Notes under the pieces: generated by a model
What the model saw: the letters and a program-made list of their open reading frames with translations, nothing else
Database searches by the model: none
Told to the model about the DNA's origin: nothing
From: Eutreptiella sp. 'Long Island Sound 2002'
Lineage: Eukaryota > Protista > Euglenida
DNA length: 64,000 nt
NCBI GenBank assembly: GCA_964036045.1
Contig: OZ038378.1
Span: 1,240,001 to 1,304,000, forward strand
Reading direction: 5' to 3'
Shown here: piece by piece, positions 1-10,949 of the stretch
How positions within the stretch are numbered: the first letter of the stretch is position 1
Layout: every line of letters begins with the position of its first letter
Position numbers and translations under genes: made by a program

Positions 1-1346
1 TGAATGATGGAGGCCCTTTTGTACTCCTTTTGTAATGATGAAAAGCTTTTTGCAACATGCATCCCCCAAAAAAAACCAAACACAATTTCCCCCCCTACCC
101 TTCGGACCCGTGCCTGCTTCATTGGTGTTCCATTTTTATGTGACCTTTGTTGGGTCTGCTATATGGATCATGTTGGTCATTTCTTAAACACCCATTCGTC
201 TCTATTTCTTGGTTCCGGACGATTCATAGCTTTGTGGCCTTTTCTTAATTTTTGTGGTCCGACAGCCACCGCTGCCGCTGTTTTCCTTTCCACAATGCCT
301 TGGACCGTGGGTTCCATGGCAGCCCGACAGCCAATGGACTCGAACTCCAATCCACCTGGCTATGAGCAACCCATGGAAGGGCACCCGGACAACCTGCAGA
401 CTCGAGCTCCAATCCGTTTGGCTATGGGTCACCTATCCCCCTCCATCGTCAACAAAAGCAATGGGTGGGTTTTTTCAGTTTTTGGTTTTGGCTTGTCTAT
501 TGTCACATCCGGTTCAAATTAGGGGGGGGTTTCGTTCACGGAAAATGTCTGATCTTGCGGATCCCCTAGCACAATCCCCAGCAAACCGTCTCAAGAGGAG
601 TCCGTTGGAAATGAGCATCACAGACTGCACACTCCGCTGAGCAGGAGGTGCCCTAGCGTTGCGAGGGAAATGAATCTCACAGATGTTGCACATACCTGCA
701 GGGAAACGAAGCGAAAAGCGTGTTTGGCAGGACTCGAACCTCCCTCATGGGGTGCAGTGGCATATGGAACCAAGGTTTGTGTACAGGGCCAAACAACCGC
801 TGTTAGTGTTGGTGCACTTCACTGGTCACAACAGAAGCACACATGAGGGGTGGGCAGATGTATGCCGCAGGTGGTCATTTCTAGAGATGCACCCCAGCCC
901 TCGGGAGTTGCCAGACTCGCCATGCAGCGGCTCTCTCTCTCACAAGACTGGTCAGATATTTTGGTTTCGGGTGCACCCTGACCTATGGCACTTGCAGCAC
1001 TCACTGTAGCGCAGCTTCCCGTTTTTGCAGAGGGGTGGGATGGTACATGTCCCTGCACGGTTACGGCTGCATCAATTTCCTCTACTGGCACTTACCCCAT
1101 CTCGGTGTGGCGGCAGCACCTAACCCCTAATGCCCTCGGCAGAGGCGAATTCTTGAAGAGGACATGGAGGACCCGCTTTCGCTACAACCCTATACAGCAT
1201 GTGGCAATCAAACAATCCCATCAAACACTTGCATCTCAGCCCACCGATGCCAAGAAAGTCTGATGTAAGGCATGGCTTGCTATTTAGGCTTGAGGTGTTG
1301 TTGTCCGTGTCCTTGGTACCCCCCATTGGATACATCCAACGCACAG

Positions 1347-1420
1347 AGCTGTTCGTGGCCGTGATATCCGGAACGCCGGCTGCAGTTGCGCAAGCCCTAC
1401 AATGTGGTGCGAACCCCCAA
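1347..1420 (+). other. Possible ankyrin-repeat exon fragment
   Basis: After CACAG| the frame reads ELFVAVISGTPAAVAQALQCGANP, resembling an ankyrin repeat. Single repeat only; no donor site established. Confidence 0.3.
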
Positions 1421-3336
1421 AGCGGGTCCAGATCCAGTTCCCAAGACTATGGTTGGGGCAGTAGTCGCAGGCGTGCTATTGCCATCGCACTAGCGTCCAC
1501 CAGAGCTCATCAGAGATGGCACCAACATTTCCGCTGGCTCCAACTTGCTAGTGCGTGTGGGGGGGACCATTACACTTGAGCACATTCATCCCCTTTCCCC
1601 CCCACTCTCTGTAAGAGGATCGCCTCTCACCCCGTCAACGTATGATGTGGCATGGTCCCATACACCCAATCGGAAGTGGTTCTGTCATGATATGTCAACC
1701 CCACCCCTTTGGAACAATTTTTTTACTGCCATTTCATAACTTGCAAAAAAATGTGTAGCAGGAAGATCATGCTTGAAGAAACAGTGCAATGTATCCAACA
1801 AAATCCGAACATCCCAAAATCCCAGCCCAGGTTGGTGCACATTTCAGCTTGGTTTAAACCCCATGATTTTCACCAATACCTTCAGTTCCTCATCGCAATG
1901 GAATGTACATTGTACTCAAACCAAATACACTTCGTTCCAAACACCGCATCGCTTTTGAGCATACTGAACAACAAGCACATTGGTGTAACCTTTTTGTCTC
2001 CTCATCCCATCTCACTGCCTTCAAAGGTCCCCACAAAACTACCCCTGCCCTCCTGTAAACAATCTGGGATGCAATGCCCCTTTCAGCAAGTTGAAGCTGC
2101 CGAGGCGACATCAACCCTCGTAAGTTGATGGGACCGGCCGGACGAGATTTTGATGCCCTCTTTGGCGAATTCGAATGCGACTTTGCCATATTCTATTTAA
2201 TAATGGCTACGTGTCGCAAACGTACTCCAACCACACAACAGGCACACACGTATCGCATCCGAATTTTTGACGTGTGTGCCTCTTGTATGGACGGGCCCGG
2301 GAACCGCGAGATGGTCGGCAACGGCTAGGGTAAGAGTTCGGGTTAGGGTAAGTCTCCTTGTTGCAATAAGTTGCACTAATTTAGTTGTTTACCTCCCTTC
2401 TAGCACGAGACGACTCTTTGATCACAATCTCGTTGCGCAGTAGCTGCATATCACCTAGATGGGTGTCATGATGCGTTCATCCTGGGGCACTACTACTACA
2501 CGGCTTGGAATGCAATTCTGTTGTTGCACTAGCTTTGCTTCGAGATGCTGGTTTACATGTGCTTTTTTTTGTAAGTGTCGTCATTTGTGTTGGGCATCCT
2601 TGTGCACAACAGCGATGTACGAGTCAACAAACATTGATGGGATCGGAGTGAAGCGAAAGCCAATTGCCAACACACAAAGAGATTGTCAAAGAGGCAGGAA
2701 GGGGGAGGGGGGTGGAGGCACTAAAAATAGAATATCATTGCAAACTGTTCAGACGACGTGGGTGGGAGCGCGGTGAAGCAAAAGCCACTTGCAAGAACAA
2801 AGAAAGGTAGCTAAAAACAGGGGGGGGGGGGCAAAAAACAGTACCATTAAGAACAAGTAAAGGAATGTTGATGGAATTGCGATGGCGTTTTGGCAACTTG
2901 GATGGGCGAATATGGCTCCAGTGCAGCCTTAAACCACCTGTGTGAACACCCCAAATGATCTTCGAACACATCATTTTTGACAATTTTTCGTCCCCCGGGT
3001 GACCCCGTAACCCTACCATAGCACACACACTATGCGCACTCCATCAATACCTGGTGCCAAAACGGGGCATTGAAAGGGCTCGTAGCACGGAAATGGCTTA
3101 CATCCTGTTCATCATTGTTTATCACCACAAGTGTAACTACGAAGCCAAGAGACATTCGCCAACTTGCTTCGGAATGCAGCCAAATCATGGCGGGTGTCTA
3201 TTATGTTGTTACACTGGCTACCTAGGGATTTTTTCCTCCTTTTTGGTGTAAATGGAAACTTTTTACCCTGAAAAACCCCGGGTTTCATGCCCCTCTCGTG
3301 CTGAAAACACTCCTACACGGTAAAAAAGTCCCAAAG

Positions 3337-3494
3337 TTGGCTTCCCGGGCCTTGGCTCGCGCAAATTCACAAGTTGGCGCGCCAAGTCGCAAGTTGGCGC
3401 GCGCCAACTCCGGAGTTGGCGCGCCAAGTCCGGACTTGGCGCGCGCCCACTATCAAGTTGGAGCACGCCAACTCCGGACTTGGCGCGCGCCAAG
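3337..3494. repeat. CG-palindrome array 1, TTGGCGCG(CG)CCAA
   Basis: Six 12- or 14-mer palindromes centred near 3380, 3401, 3422, 3443, 3465 and 3487; some linkers are also palindromic (CTCCGGAG, GTCCGGAC). Confidence 0.95.
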
Positions 3495-3828
3495 TGTCCC
3501 CCCACCGATCCAACCATCGCCTTGCACACTGTTGTTGTCACTGGAAATTCCGTCCCTCACCTGCCCTTGCACACTTGGCACGAAGAAAGCATTGTTCCAT
3601 CTTTTTTTGTGGAATGTGCAAAAGAATGTGTAAAACAATGTGCAAGAGATGTGCTTCCCGATGATGAAAGTAGTATACATTGTGGAGCCGTAGCTCAAAA
3701 TTACCTTGCTGGGGGCCATGGAGGCATAGCAATCATATATAGAGGTCAGATGCCTTGCTGTGGTCCCAGGGTCATCTGGCGGGTGGGTTGCCGGGAGAAT
3801 GCCGGGCGGCACTGAATGGATCAATAGG

Positions 3829-5030
3829 TTAGGACCCCTGTTCGGCCTGGACGAAGACCCCCTTATTCTCTATGTACCCCCTTTGCTTCGTCCACGACGA
3901 CTCCCAAACAGAAAAATTTTTATTGTACAACCCCCAGTCCGGATTATTTGAGCGGATCACTTCCCCCCACCCCTTCCGCGTGCGATCCCCCTTGCCCCCC
4001 TTCACCCGCACCCTGGCCCCCCGCAGTCTGGACACCCGGCCGCCTTTACTTCCACCTCGAAAGCTATGCTTGGAAATTTCACATTTCAGGGCTTTGTGGC
4101 GCCCCTCTCCTTTGAAGGCGGCAAAAATGCGAATGTGCCCCCACCTGCGGGCCCATCCCAACAGGTGGTCAATCCAAAGATGGGCCCACAGGGTGACGTT
4201 CATTTCACAGGCCTTATGGGCCTCCCCCATTTTTTCAATTCTGTTCGCAGAATTTTCATGTCGGGCAACTGCAATGGTCCCGATTTCCAGACGACATCGC
4301 TTGTTGCCAACAGGGATTTTTCCCATTGCCGGAAGGCGTCCTCCGCGTTCAGGTCATAGACCTCGGCCAATTGGGAAATGATGGCCTTCTTCTCCGATCC
4401 GCGCAGCAAGATCCAAGAGCCCAAGGGCATTTGACTCCCCAGGTCTCCAACGTCAAAATGCACGAAGGAGGCCTGCCAGAGCTTTGTCCCGTCGAAGGTG
4501 GTGCCCACCCACACGTTGTCCGTCAAGAACCTGGGACCGTCACGGTGCCACATCACCTGTGCCAGAAAACAGGGCGTGTGTAACGGGTCACCGTGAACGG
4601 TCGCCGGGAAACGCTTTGATGCAGGGTGAAAATACCTGCGGTTTGTGCCACAGATTGCATGCGACCCCAAAAATGTCATTGTCCTCCTCCGTCTGAAAAT
4701 GGACCTCCGTGACGCGGAGGGCGGACAATGCCTTTCGCACCTGCATCAGGGTTCCCCATGGGCACTTCCATTCGCTGTGGGCCCGGCCGTACTGCACTTT
4801 GCGGAAGCTGTCGCCATTTTTGCGGCTCTCCCACGGAATGGCCGCGGCCAACAGCTCCAAATCGGGGGTGGGGGGTTTGCGCTCCCCGCAAACGAGGTGG
4901 ATGCGGCGGCGGCCGGGTTTGACGTGTACTTGCCATTGTGGCCCCAGGATCTCCCCCACGGCTTCGCGAAGGTGCGGCAGCCGCGCGGTAGTTCGATGGC
5001 GCCAGCTGCTCAAAGGTCCGCTGCATGGTG
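3829..5030 (-). pseudogene. AlkB-like 2OG-Fe(II) dioxygenase gene, spliced and degenerate, with an unidentified C-terminal region
   Basis: Removing intron 4557-4635 joins GVACNLWHKPQ to VMWHRDGPRFLTDNVWVGTTFDG...MPLGSWILLRG. This follows the AlkB pattern N-x-(Y/W)...H-x-D, then the S/T-x-G strand, then G-S-l-l-l-M-x-G. The distal His/Arg is not clearly present, and there are frameshifts near 5000 and 4200. Confidence 0.5.
4557..4635 (-). other. 79-nt GT-AG intron
   Basis: Minus strand CAG|GTATTT ... TGTTTTCTGGCACAG|GTG; phase 0; joins two offset ORFs in frame. Confidence 0.75.
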
Positions 5031-5047
5031 CACAAACAAACTCGTCA

Positions 5048-5168
5048 GTTGGCGCGCACCAAGTCCTGAGTTGGTGCGCCAACTTCTCATTTCGCGCGCG
5101 CCAACTCCCTTGATGGCGCACGCCAAATCAGGAGTTGGCGCACCAACTTACCACTTGGCGCGCGCCAA
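5048..5168. repeat. CG-palindrome array 2
   Basis: About six TTGGCGCGCCAA-type units, several with CG>TG or CG>CA variants; lies between the stop at 5194 and the AlkB-like ORF. Confidence 0.9.
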
Positions 5169-6397
5169 AGCCATGTCATCGCACAGTGCCTGCTCATTTC
5201 CTCGACCGCTTGCTACCCTGACTCCCCTCGCCCTCTTTCGCCCGCCTGCGCTTGGGGTCCAGCAGGTGCGCAACCGGGTGCTTGTCCAGCAGGCCCTTCA
5301 GCTCCGTGAGGGTGGTCTCTTTGACCCCCATGTTGAGGGCCACATGGCGTTGGGCGCTGAGTGCAGAGTGCAACTCAACCGCCGCGGCGTGCAGGTAAAG
5401 CACATGGTCGGGGTCGGCGCCACCCTCTGCCCCCCCCAACTGCACGCACCTGCGCCGTGGCGGACAGCTGCTGCTGCAACTCCGCCCTCTGCTTTTCCCA
5501 CCCCTTCTCCCGCCGCTCCCACGCGGCGCGCTCGCCGGTGAGCGCCTCCTGTGCCGTCTTGCGGGCGGCCTCCGCCGCCTTCAGCTGCTCGCACAGCAGC
5601 TTGTTCTCCGCCTCCAGGCGGAGAATCTCCGCCTTCTCCCCTGCCCCCCCCCCCGTCTCGCGCTGCCTGCGCTGCCTGTGCTGCCTCCTGGGAGGTGGTC
5701 GTGGGGCGAGGGCGCCTGGAGTCCCTGGCCTGCTGCTCCGTGCGGCCCTTGCTTTGCACGGACGGGTCCCCAGACGCGTCGGATCCGGCCTTGCCCCCCT
5801 TCTCCCCCTTCGGCCGTTTCCCCAGGAGCTGCTTCTGGAAGCGGAGGAGAAACGCCTGCGCTGCCTCCTTCAAGTGGGGGGCAGGGGCAATGGCCCGCAC
5901 GTCGCTCCACTGGCACTGCTTCCACCTCTGCAGCTGTCCCAGAGCGTCAATGCTGCAGAGGAGGAGCCGGTTGTGCGTGGAGGGGGGGCGCACTTGCACA
6001 AATGGCACAACTGAGACAACGCATGGTTGCACCCCCGCCTTCCCCTGCACCACCGCCCAGAACGGGCACTCCACCACCCTATTCGTTCCGGACCCCCGCC
6101 GAATCACCTGCGCCTGGAACAGGCGGCTGATCCTCGTCCCCCCCCATCGATGACGTCCACCGCCGTCGCCTCGGCGGACGTCACCTTCACCTACTTATCG
6201 GGGAGGTGCAACTCGTCCCCGAAGTCTGCCGGTTCCGGGACCTCCGGAACTTCCCAATCCACCTCCACCTCCACATCCACCTCCAGCTGCTCTTGCCGCT
6301 GCTCGTGCCGCTGCTCCTCCCGCTGCTCCGCTGCGGCCGGCACGGGCACTGGACGCGGGTCCACTTCCAGTTGAAAATTCGCGTAGTGGATTGGGAC

Positions 6398-6799
6398 CTG
6401 CAAATACACAACATCACATTGAACAAGCATTGAACAATGCACACAACGAGACCAATGCGACAACCAAGACAACACAAAAACCAGCCACACAACAACCTTT
6501 CCGATAAAACCAAACCAAGCGCCAAAACTTGACTTGGCGCGCGCCAACTAGTTACTTGGCGCGCCAAAACTGGACTGGGCGCGCGCCAAAACTGGACTTG
6601 GCGCGCGCCAACTGGATACTTGGCGCGCCAACTTGTCACTCGGCGCGCACCAACCGATGAGTTGGCGCGCGCCGAGATGGAAATTGGCGCGCCAATCGCA
6701 GTTGGCGCGCCAATTTGGTATTTGGCGCGCGCCAAATGCAACGTGTGACGTGTGACGTGTGACAAAATCGTGTGCATGCAAAGCACCGCGCGGGCACAC
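6398..6799 (-). other. 402-nt GT-AG intron containing palindrome array 3
   Basis: Minus strand AAG|GTGTGC ... T-rich tract TTTGCAG|GTC; phase 0 on both sides; spliced product reads AICSCGEK-VPIHYANF. Confidence 0.6.
6519..6736. repeat. CG-palindrome array 3
   Basis: Ten units centred near 6541, 6562, 6583, 6605, 6626, 6647, 6669, 6690, 6708 and 6729. Confidence 0.95.
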
Positions 6800-9153
6800 C
6801 TTCTCGCCGCAGGAGCAGATGGCACGGCGTGCCTCGTCCACGCGGACGAGGCCCAATATCTTGGCGTCCTGGGAGCTCAGGGGCTGCCTGAAGTGGGCCA
6901 TTTGCATCCAGGCCATGCGGGCGGCCCCTGGCTCCCGCACGAACGCGGCGCCCAGCGCAGCGAACGAGTACACCACCGTGCCGGCCGTGCAGCGCACGCG
7001 GCACCGGTCGGTCGCCTCGGGGGGGGGGGCGGAGCCACCACCGGTGGATGTGCGGAGAGAAGCAGGCAGCCGCTGTCCCATCAGTGGGCCCCGCGTGCGC
7101 GTGGCCGGTGGGGGTCAGGAACAGCCCCGCACACATCCCCTCGTGCAGGAGGAGGATGTCCCCCATGTAGGGCACCGGGGGGTCCAACGGCTGCGTAGCC
7201 TGCGACACGAAGCAGATTGGCTGGGGGATCACATCGGGAGTGAGGATGTCCTCCTCTGCCGCACTCTGGGGGGGGGGGGGAGGGGGGCATCCGCATCAGC
7301 CGGCGCGGCCGGCCTCTCCTCCGCATCCGCCGGCGCCTCCGGCATGTTCTCCTTTTGGGGAGCAGGCACGGGGTCGGCCTCCTGTGCCGCACTGTGGGGG
7401 AGGGGCAGGCTCCCCATCCGCCGGCGGGTCCGCCATGTCCTCCTCTTGGGGGGCAGGCACGGGGTCGGTCGCGGGGACTGCCTCGGCCGGGGCTGACTCC
7501 TCAGACCCCTGGTCGGGGGGGCTGAAGTTCAAACTGTCCTCTGTGCCTAGAGGAGACCCCTTTGTGCCCAGAGGAGACCCGACTGCAGCCCCCTCGGCCA
7601 GAAGCTCGGATGGCATCACCGGAACACTGTTCATCAGCTCCGTTACACTCTCCGGCTCCACGGCCAACATGCGCGACCGGTAGCCGGCGGGTGCAAACGG
7701 GATGAACAGTGCCCGGCCAGGCCCGCCCGCACCGCGGTGGATCACCGTCCCGCGGAGGAGCGTCACGCTGCGAATCGGTTGGATAACAATATCCCACCGA
7801 TTCGCAGCGTGATAGCCCCCCTGCGTGCCCGGGCACCCCTGGAGGGACTTGGACGGGGGGGAGGTGGTGAGGGGGATGAACACAACCATGCACTGCAGTG
7901 ACTGTTTCACTGACAGTGCAAAATTGCGGTGGGGGATCTGGAAGCCCTTCCGGGGTTGTGCCTCCCACCGCTCGATGATCTTGGGGCACAAGGCCTCAAG
8001 TTAATCCAGCGGTGGGAGGGAGAACCTCAGCAGGGCCAGAACTGCCTGCCAAAGGTCGTCCGGGAGCCAGTGGGGGACGCTGGAGACCGTCGTCTAATAG
8101 CGCCCCCCACCTTCCCCGGGGGCCTGGAGGTCCACCTCCTCGAGCATCGACGGGTCGAGTTTCACCGTGGCGAGCTCCGCCAGTCTGGCCCACAGATCCT
8201 CAGGGATGATGTGGTCATACTGGCGGTAGCCCGCCGCGGCAAAACCCTCCCCCTTGACGATGGGGGGGTTGGGGATGTCGTGGGTGGCGACGGGGTAGGA
8301 GTTGTGGAAGGAGGGGTGGGGGCAACCCAAGCCAAGCATGGTGAAGGGGGCGTTGGTGGTGTAGAGGGTGGGGTGGGTGATGTCAGGGATGTGGGTGCGC
8401 AGGCGACGGTTGGTGGCGAACTCAGTGGGAGCTACTGCATCCCACGCCTGCACCTTCACTGTCTGGTACCCCACGACGGCGTCAGTGGCCGTGGGGTGCT
8501 TCTAGCCACCTTTTTTGACAGGATCCACCCACAGCCACTGCTCCTCGGGGTCGAGACCCTGAGGCGCCATCTCTTGCAGCGCGAGAACGTTGACGAACTC
8601 TTTTGACGCTTCAGCAGTGCACAGCTGCAGGGTCTTGTTGAGGCCCGCAAGGGTGACTTGCGACAGCTTCAACTCGACCGCGAGCGTCGTGGGGTACCGC
8701 CCCATCACGGCACAACAGAACCTGCTGAGCACCTCCCTGGTCAGGGCGAAGTTGACGCGGGTGGCGTCAATTCGCCAGACCAAGTAGGGATTGCCCGGCT
8801 GGTCCCACTTGCCGAAGAGGGCGGCCTCCAGGGGTTGGCGGAGGGGGGGGAGCTGGGGGAAGGATTCGGCGTCCGGGGGGGTGAGGGTGTAGGGAATGGG
8901 AAAATAGCCCGCGGGGAAGTGCTCGGAGCCGACGTTGGCGATGTGGGCGTCGAGCACCACCTGCACCTCGGGGTTAGGTGCTGCAGCGGGGGCAGACGTG
9001 GGGTCAGGGACGGCTGTCACCTTCTTCCCCTTGTTCTTCTTGGGTTGCTTTGTAGGCATCAGAAGAATAAAGTGTTGAGATGCCTAGAAGGCAAAGGGAA
9101 TGCAAGCAGGGTGTAAGGGGCACGGGGTGCAAACAAACAGGAAGAATGGGGCA

Positions 9154-9270
9154 GTTGGCGCGCGCCAAAACCGGACTTGGCGCGCGCCAACTCAAGAGTT
9201 GGCGCGCTGACTTTGCAGTTGGCGCGTGCCAAGTGCCAAGTTGGCGCGCCAACTTTGACTTGGCTTCCAA
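9154..9270. repeat. CG-palindrome array 4
   Basis: About five units plus degenerate TTGGCTTC half-sites, about 100 nt upstream of the ATG at 9059 on the minus strand. Confidence 0.9.
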
Positions 9271-9721
9271 AAAATTGGCTTCGACCCAAAAAACCCACAT
9301 ATTGCAACATAACAACAAAGCAACGCAACCATAAGCTGTAAAATATAGATAGTTCCTCACGTTTCATGCACAAGGCGTAGCAACAACACAGTGCACAAGT
9401 ACAAGCAAGTTGAACGCTCTCGACATGGACTTCACCAGGAGTTGGCGGATGTACAGTATCTGGGGTTGGCAAGGGTGCCGAACACCATCCATGGCCATCA
9501 AACAGACAGCAGTCAAGTGCAATTCAAATAGGTCTGCAAAGCGTGCTTTCTAAGTCTCATTGTGTGGTCTTTTGGGCCGAAAAGGCGGTGTTTGAAACAA
9601 CTAGTCACGTGCATAACACACGAAACGGGATCAAAAGTGGTTCTTCACCATTTATGTTGGTTGCAATGCAATTGGACCCGCCCCAAGATTGCCAATTTTC
9701 GGCCATTTTCCACGGATTTTG

Positions 9722-9985
9722 AAATGGAGGTCCGCCGCGTGTGACACCCGTTCCCGGACGCCACCCTCGCGATTGTGATTTTTGCGGTTGTCCCTCATAC
9801 TCGTAGGTAGCATCCACCAAAAATATGGTGAAATTAGACATACCATGACGGAGCTGTGCTTTCCCCCCATTTCGCGCGTGCTTGCTACTTGCTTGCTGCT
9901 TACCAAACCTGTTGGGTGCACCGTAGACACTAAAGAGGGTTATAAAACCAAGACTAAATCCACCAGCTTGGTGACTCCAACCCTG
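9722..9985 (+). repeat. Interspersed repeat R1, copy 1
   Basis: Shares GAGGTCCGCC..CCCGTTCCCGG..CATCCACCAAAA..TAGACACTAAA.AGGGTTATAAAACCAAGACT..CCACCAGCT.GGTGAC with 21220-21492. Confidence 0.8.
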
Positions 9986-10949
9986 CCGTACTAAAACATT
10001 GGCTTGAGTTTTGAAACGTTATGACAAAGCACGTGGAATTTTGTGTGGGACTTGGTTGTTGCTCGCCCAACCAACCGGCCAACCCTTGCTTTCAATTCTT
10101 GTTCTGGAGCGTATCTTAAAATTAGCCTTGCTTGCCTTGCGTTTCGGCCATCCATGTCGCAACCTAGTGCATTGAACATGTACTCGCCATGCGAGACACA
10201 CTCCATGGCAGTAGACGGCACGAAGAGCTCGAACCGAAGAACGTACGTAGGAAGCTTGCTTTTCAAGGGTGCCATTACGGTATTCCGCGGCGGGACAGAC
10301 GTGATTTGGCACACTAATTAGGTTCCAAACGCGCGAGGCAATGCTCAAAGCTACACCAACTAGCACCACATCCATGCATGATTGAGATAAGAGCACATTG
10401 GTGATACATGTTGGCCAAACATCTTAGTGTCGACGGCTTCACTTTGCGTTGCTAACGCTAGTGAAGCCTACCTAGAGCAGTCAAAAGCTTTGCGCACTCC
10501 ACGGTGTAATATCCCAAGGTACGCAAAATACTTGGTTTTCACCATCGGTGGCATCTCCGAGTTGTGCAAGGGAGGATCCATCTTGTTGAAGTCTTGCTTC
10601 AAGGGTTTTTAGAAGCAAGGTATTTCTATCTTGTAGTTGTTGGGCGCTAGGAAGTCTCCTTCGCTTCTTTTTGGAAATCCAATTGTTGAGCTGTGCATAC
10701 GAAATATGTGGAGAGCAACAGTGTGCATACCCTTTAATCGATCACCTATGTGCCTAAGACATAGAGATGGCACCATTGTTCGTAACATTAGCTAAACAAA
10801 AACAGCAACGCCGAACAAACACACCACTTTTGAAGCTTTCTTTTGCATTCCGTCATTGTAGTATCGTTCTTTGAGCATTTTTGGGTATGTCATCATGTGC
10901 ACAGCCAATCACTCAAGATTCCACGGCTCGGGGTTCTCGTCTAAAAAAT

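Larger units (their letters stand above)
5194..9059 (-). pseudogene. Large multidomain gene: N-terminal domain, PhyH-like 2OG-Fe(II) dioxygenase, acidic/Pro linker, CxC..H motif, PWWP/Tudor-like domain, coiled coil
   Basis: ORFs 8502-9059, 8094-8474 and 7296-7991 share one frame, broken only by TAG/TAG/TAA. Motifs: GFAAAGY..IIPEDL, QIPHRN(F), VVFIPL, LLRGTVIHRG..GRALF. Intron 6398-6799. Further 3': FWAVVQGKAGVQPCVV...RWKQCQWSDVRAI and a coiled coil ending KRSRK*. Several frameshifts fall in G/C homopolymers. Confidence 0.6.

Noticed and set aside
726-800. tRNA on the minus strand (GGTTCGAGTCC)
   Set aside because: Only a T-loop motif; no D-arm or acceptor stem.
1740-1830. Minus-strand peptide VRILLDTLHCFFKHDLPAT resembling IRIGLNAMKDIFAQGLPNT of the recombinase relic
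   Set aside because: Only about 19 residues; the flanks do not align and the frame has many stops. Could be chance.
3337-9270. Palindrome arrays as CRISPR arrays
   Set aside because: Spacers are only about 6-9 nt and related to each other, there are no cas genes, and the context is eukaryotic.
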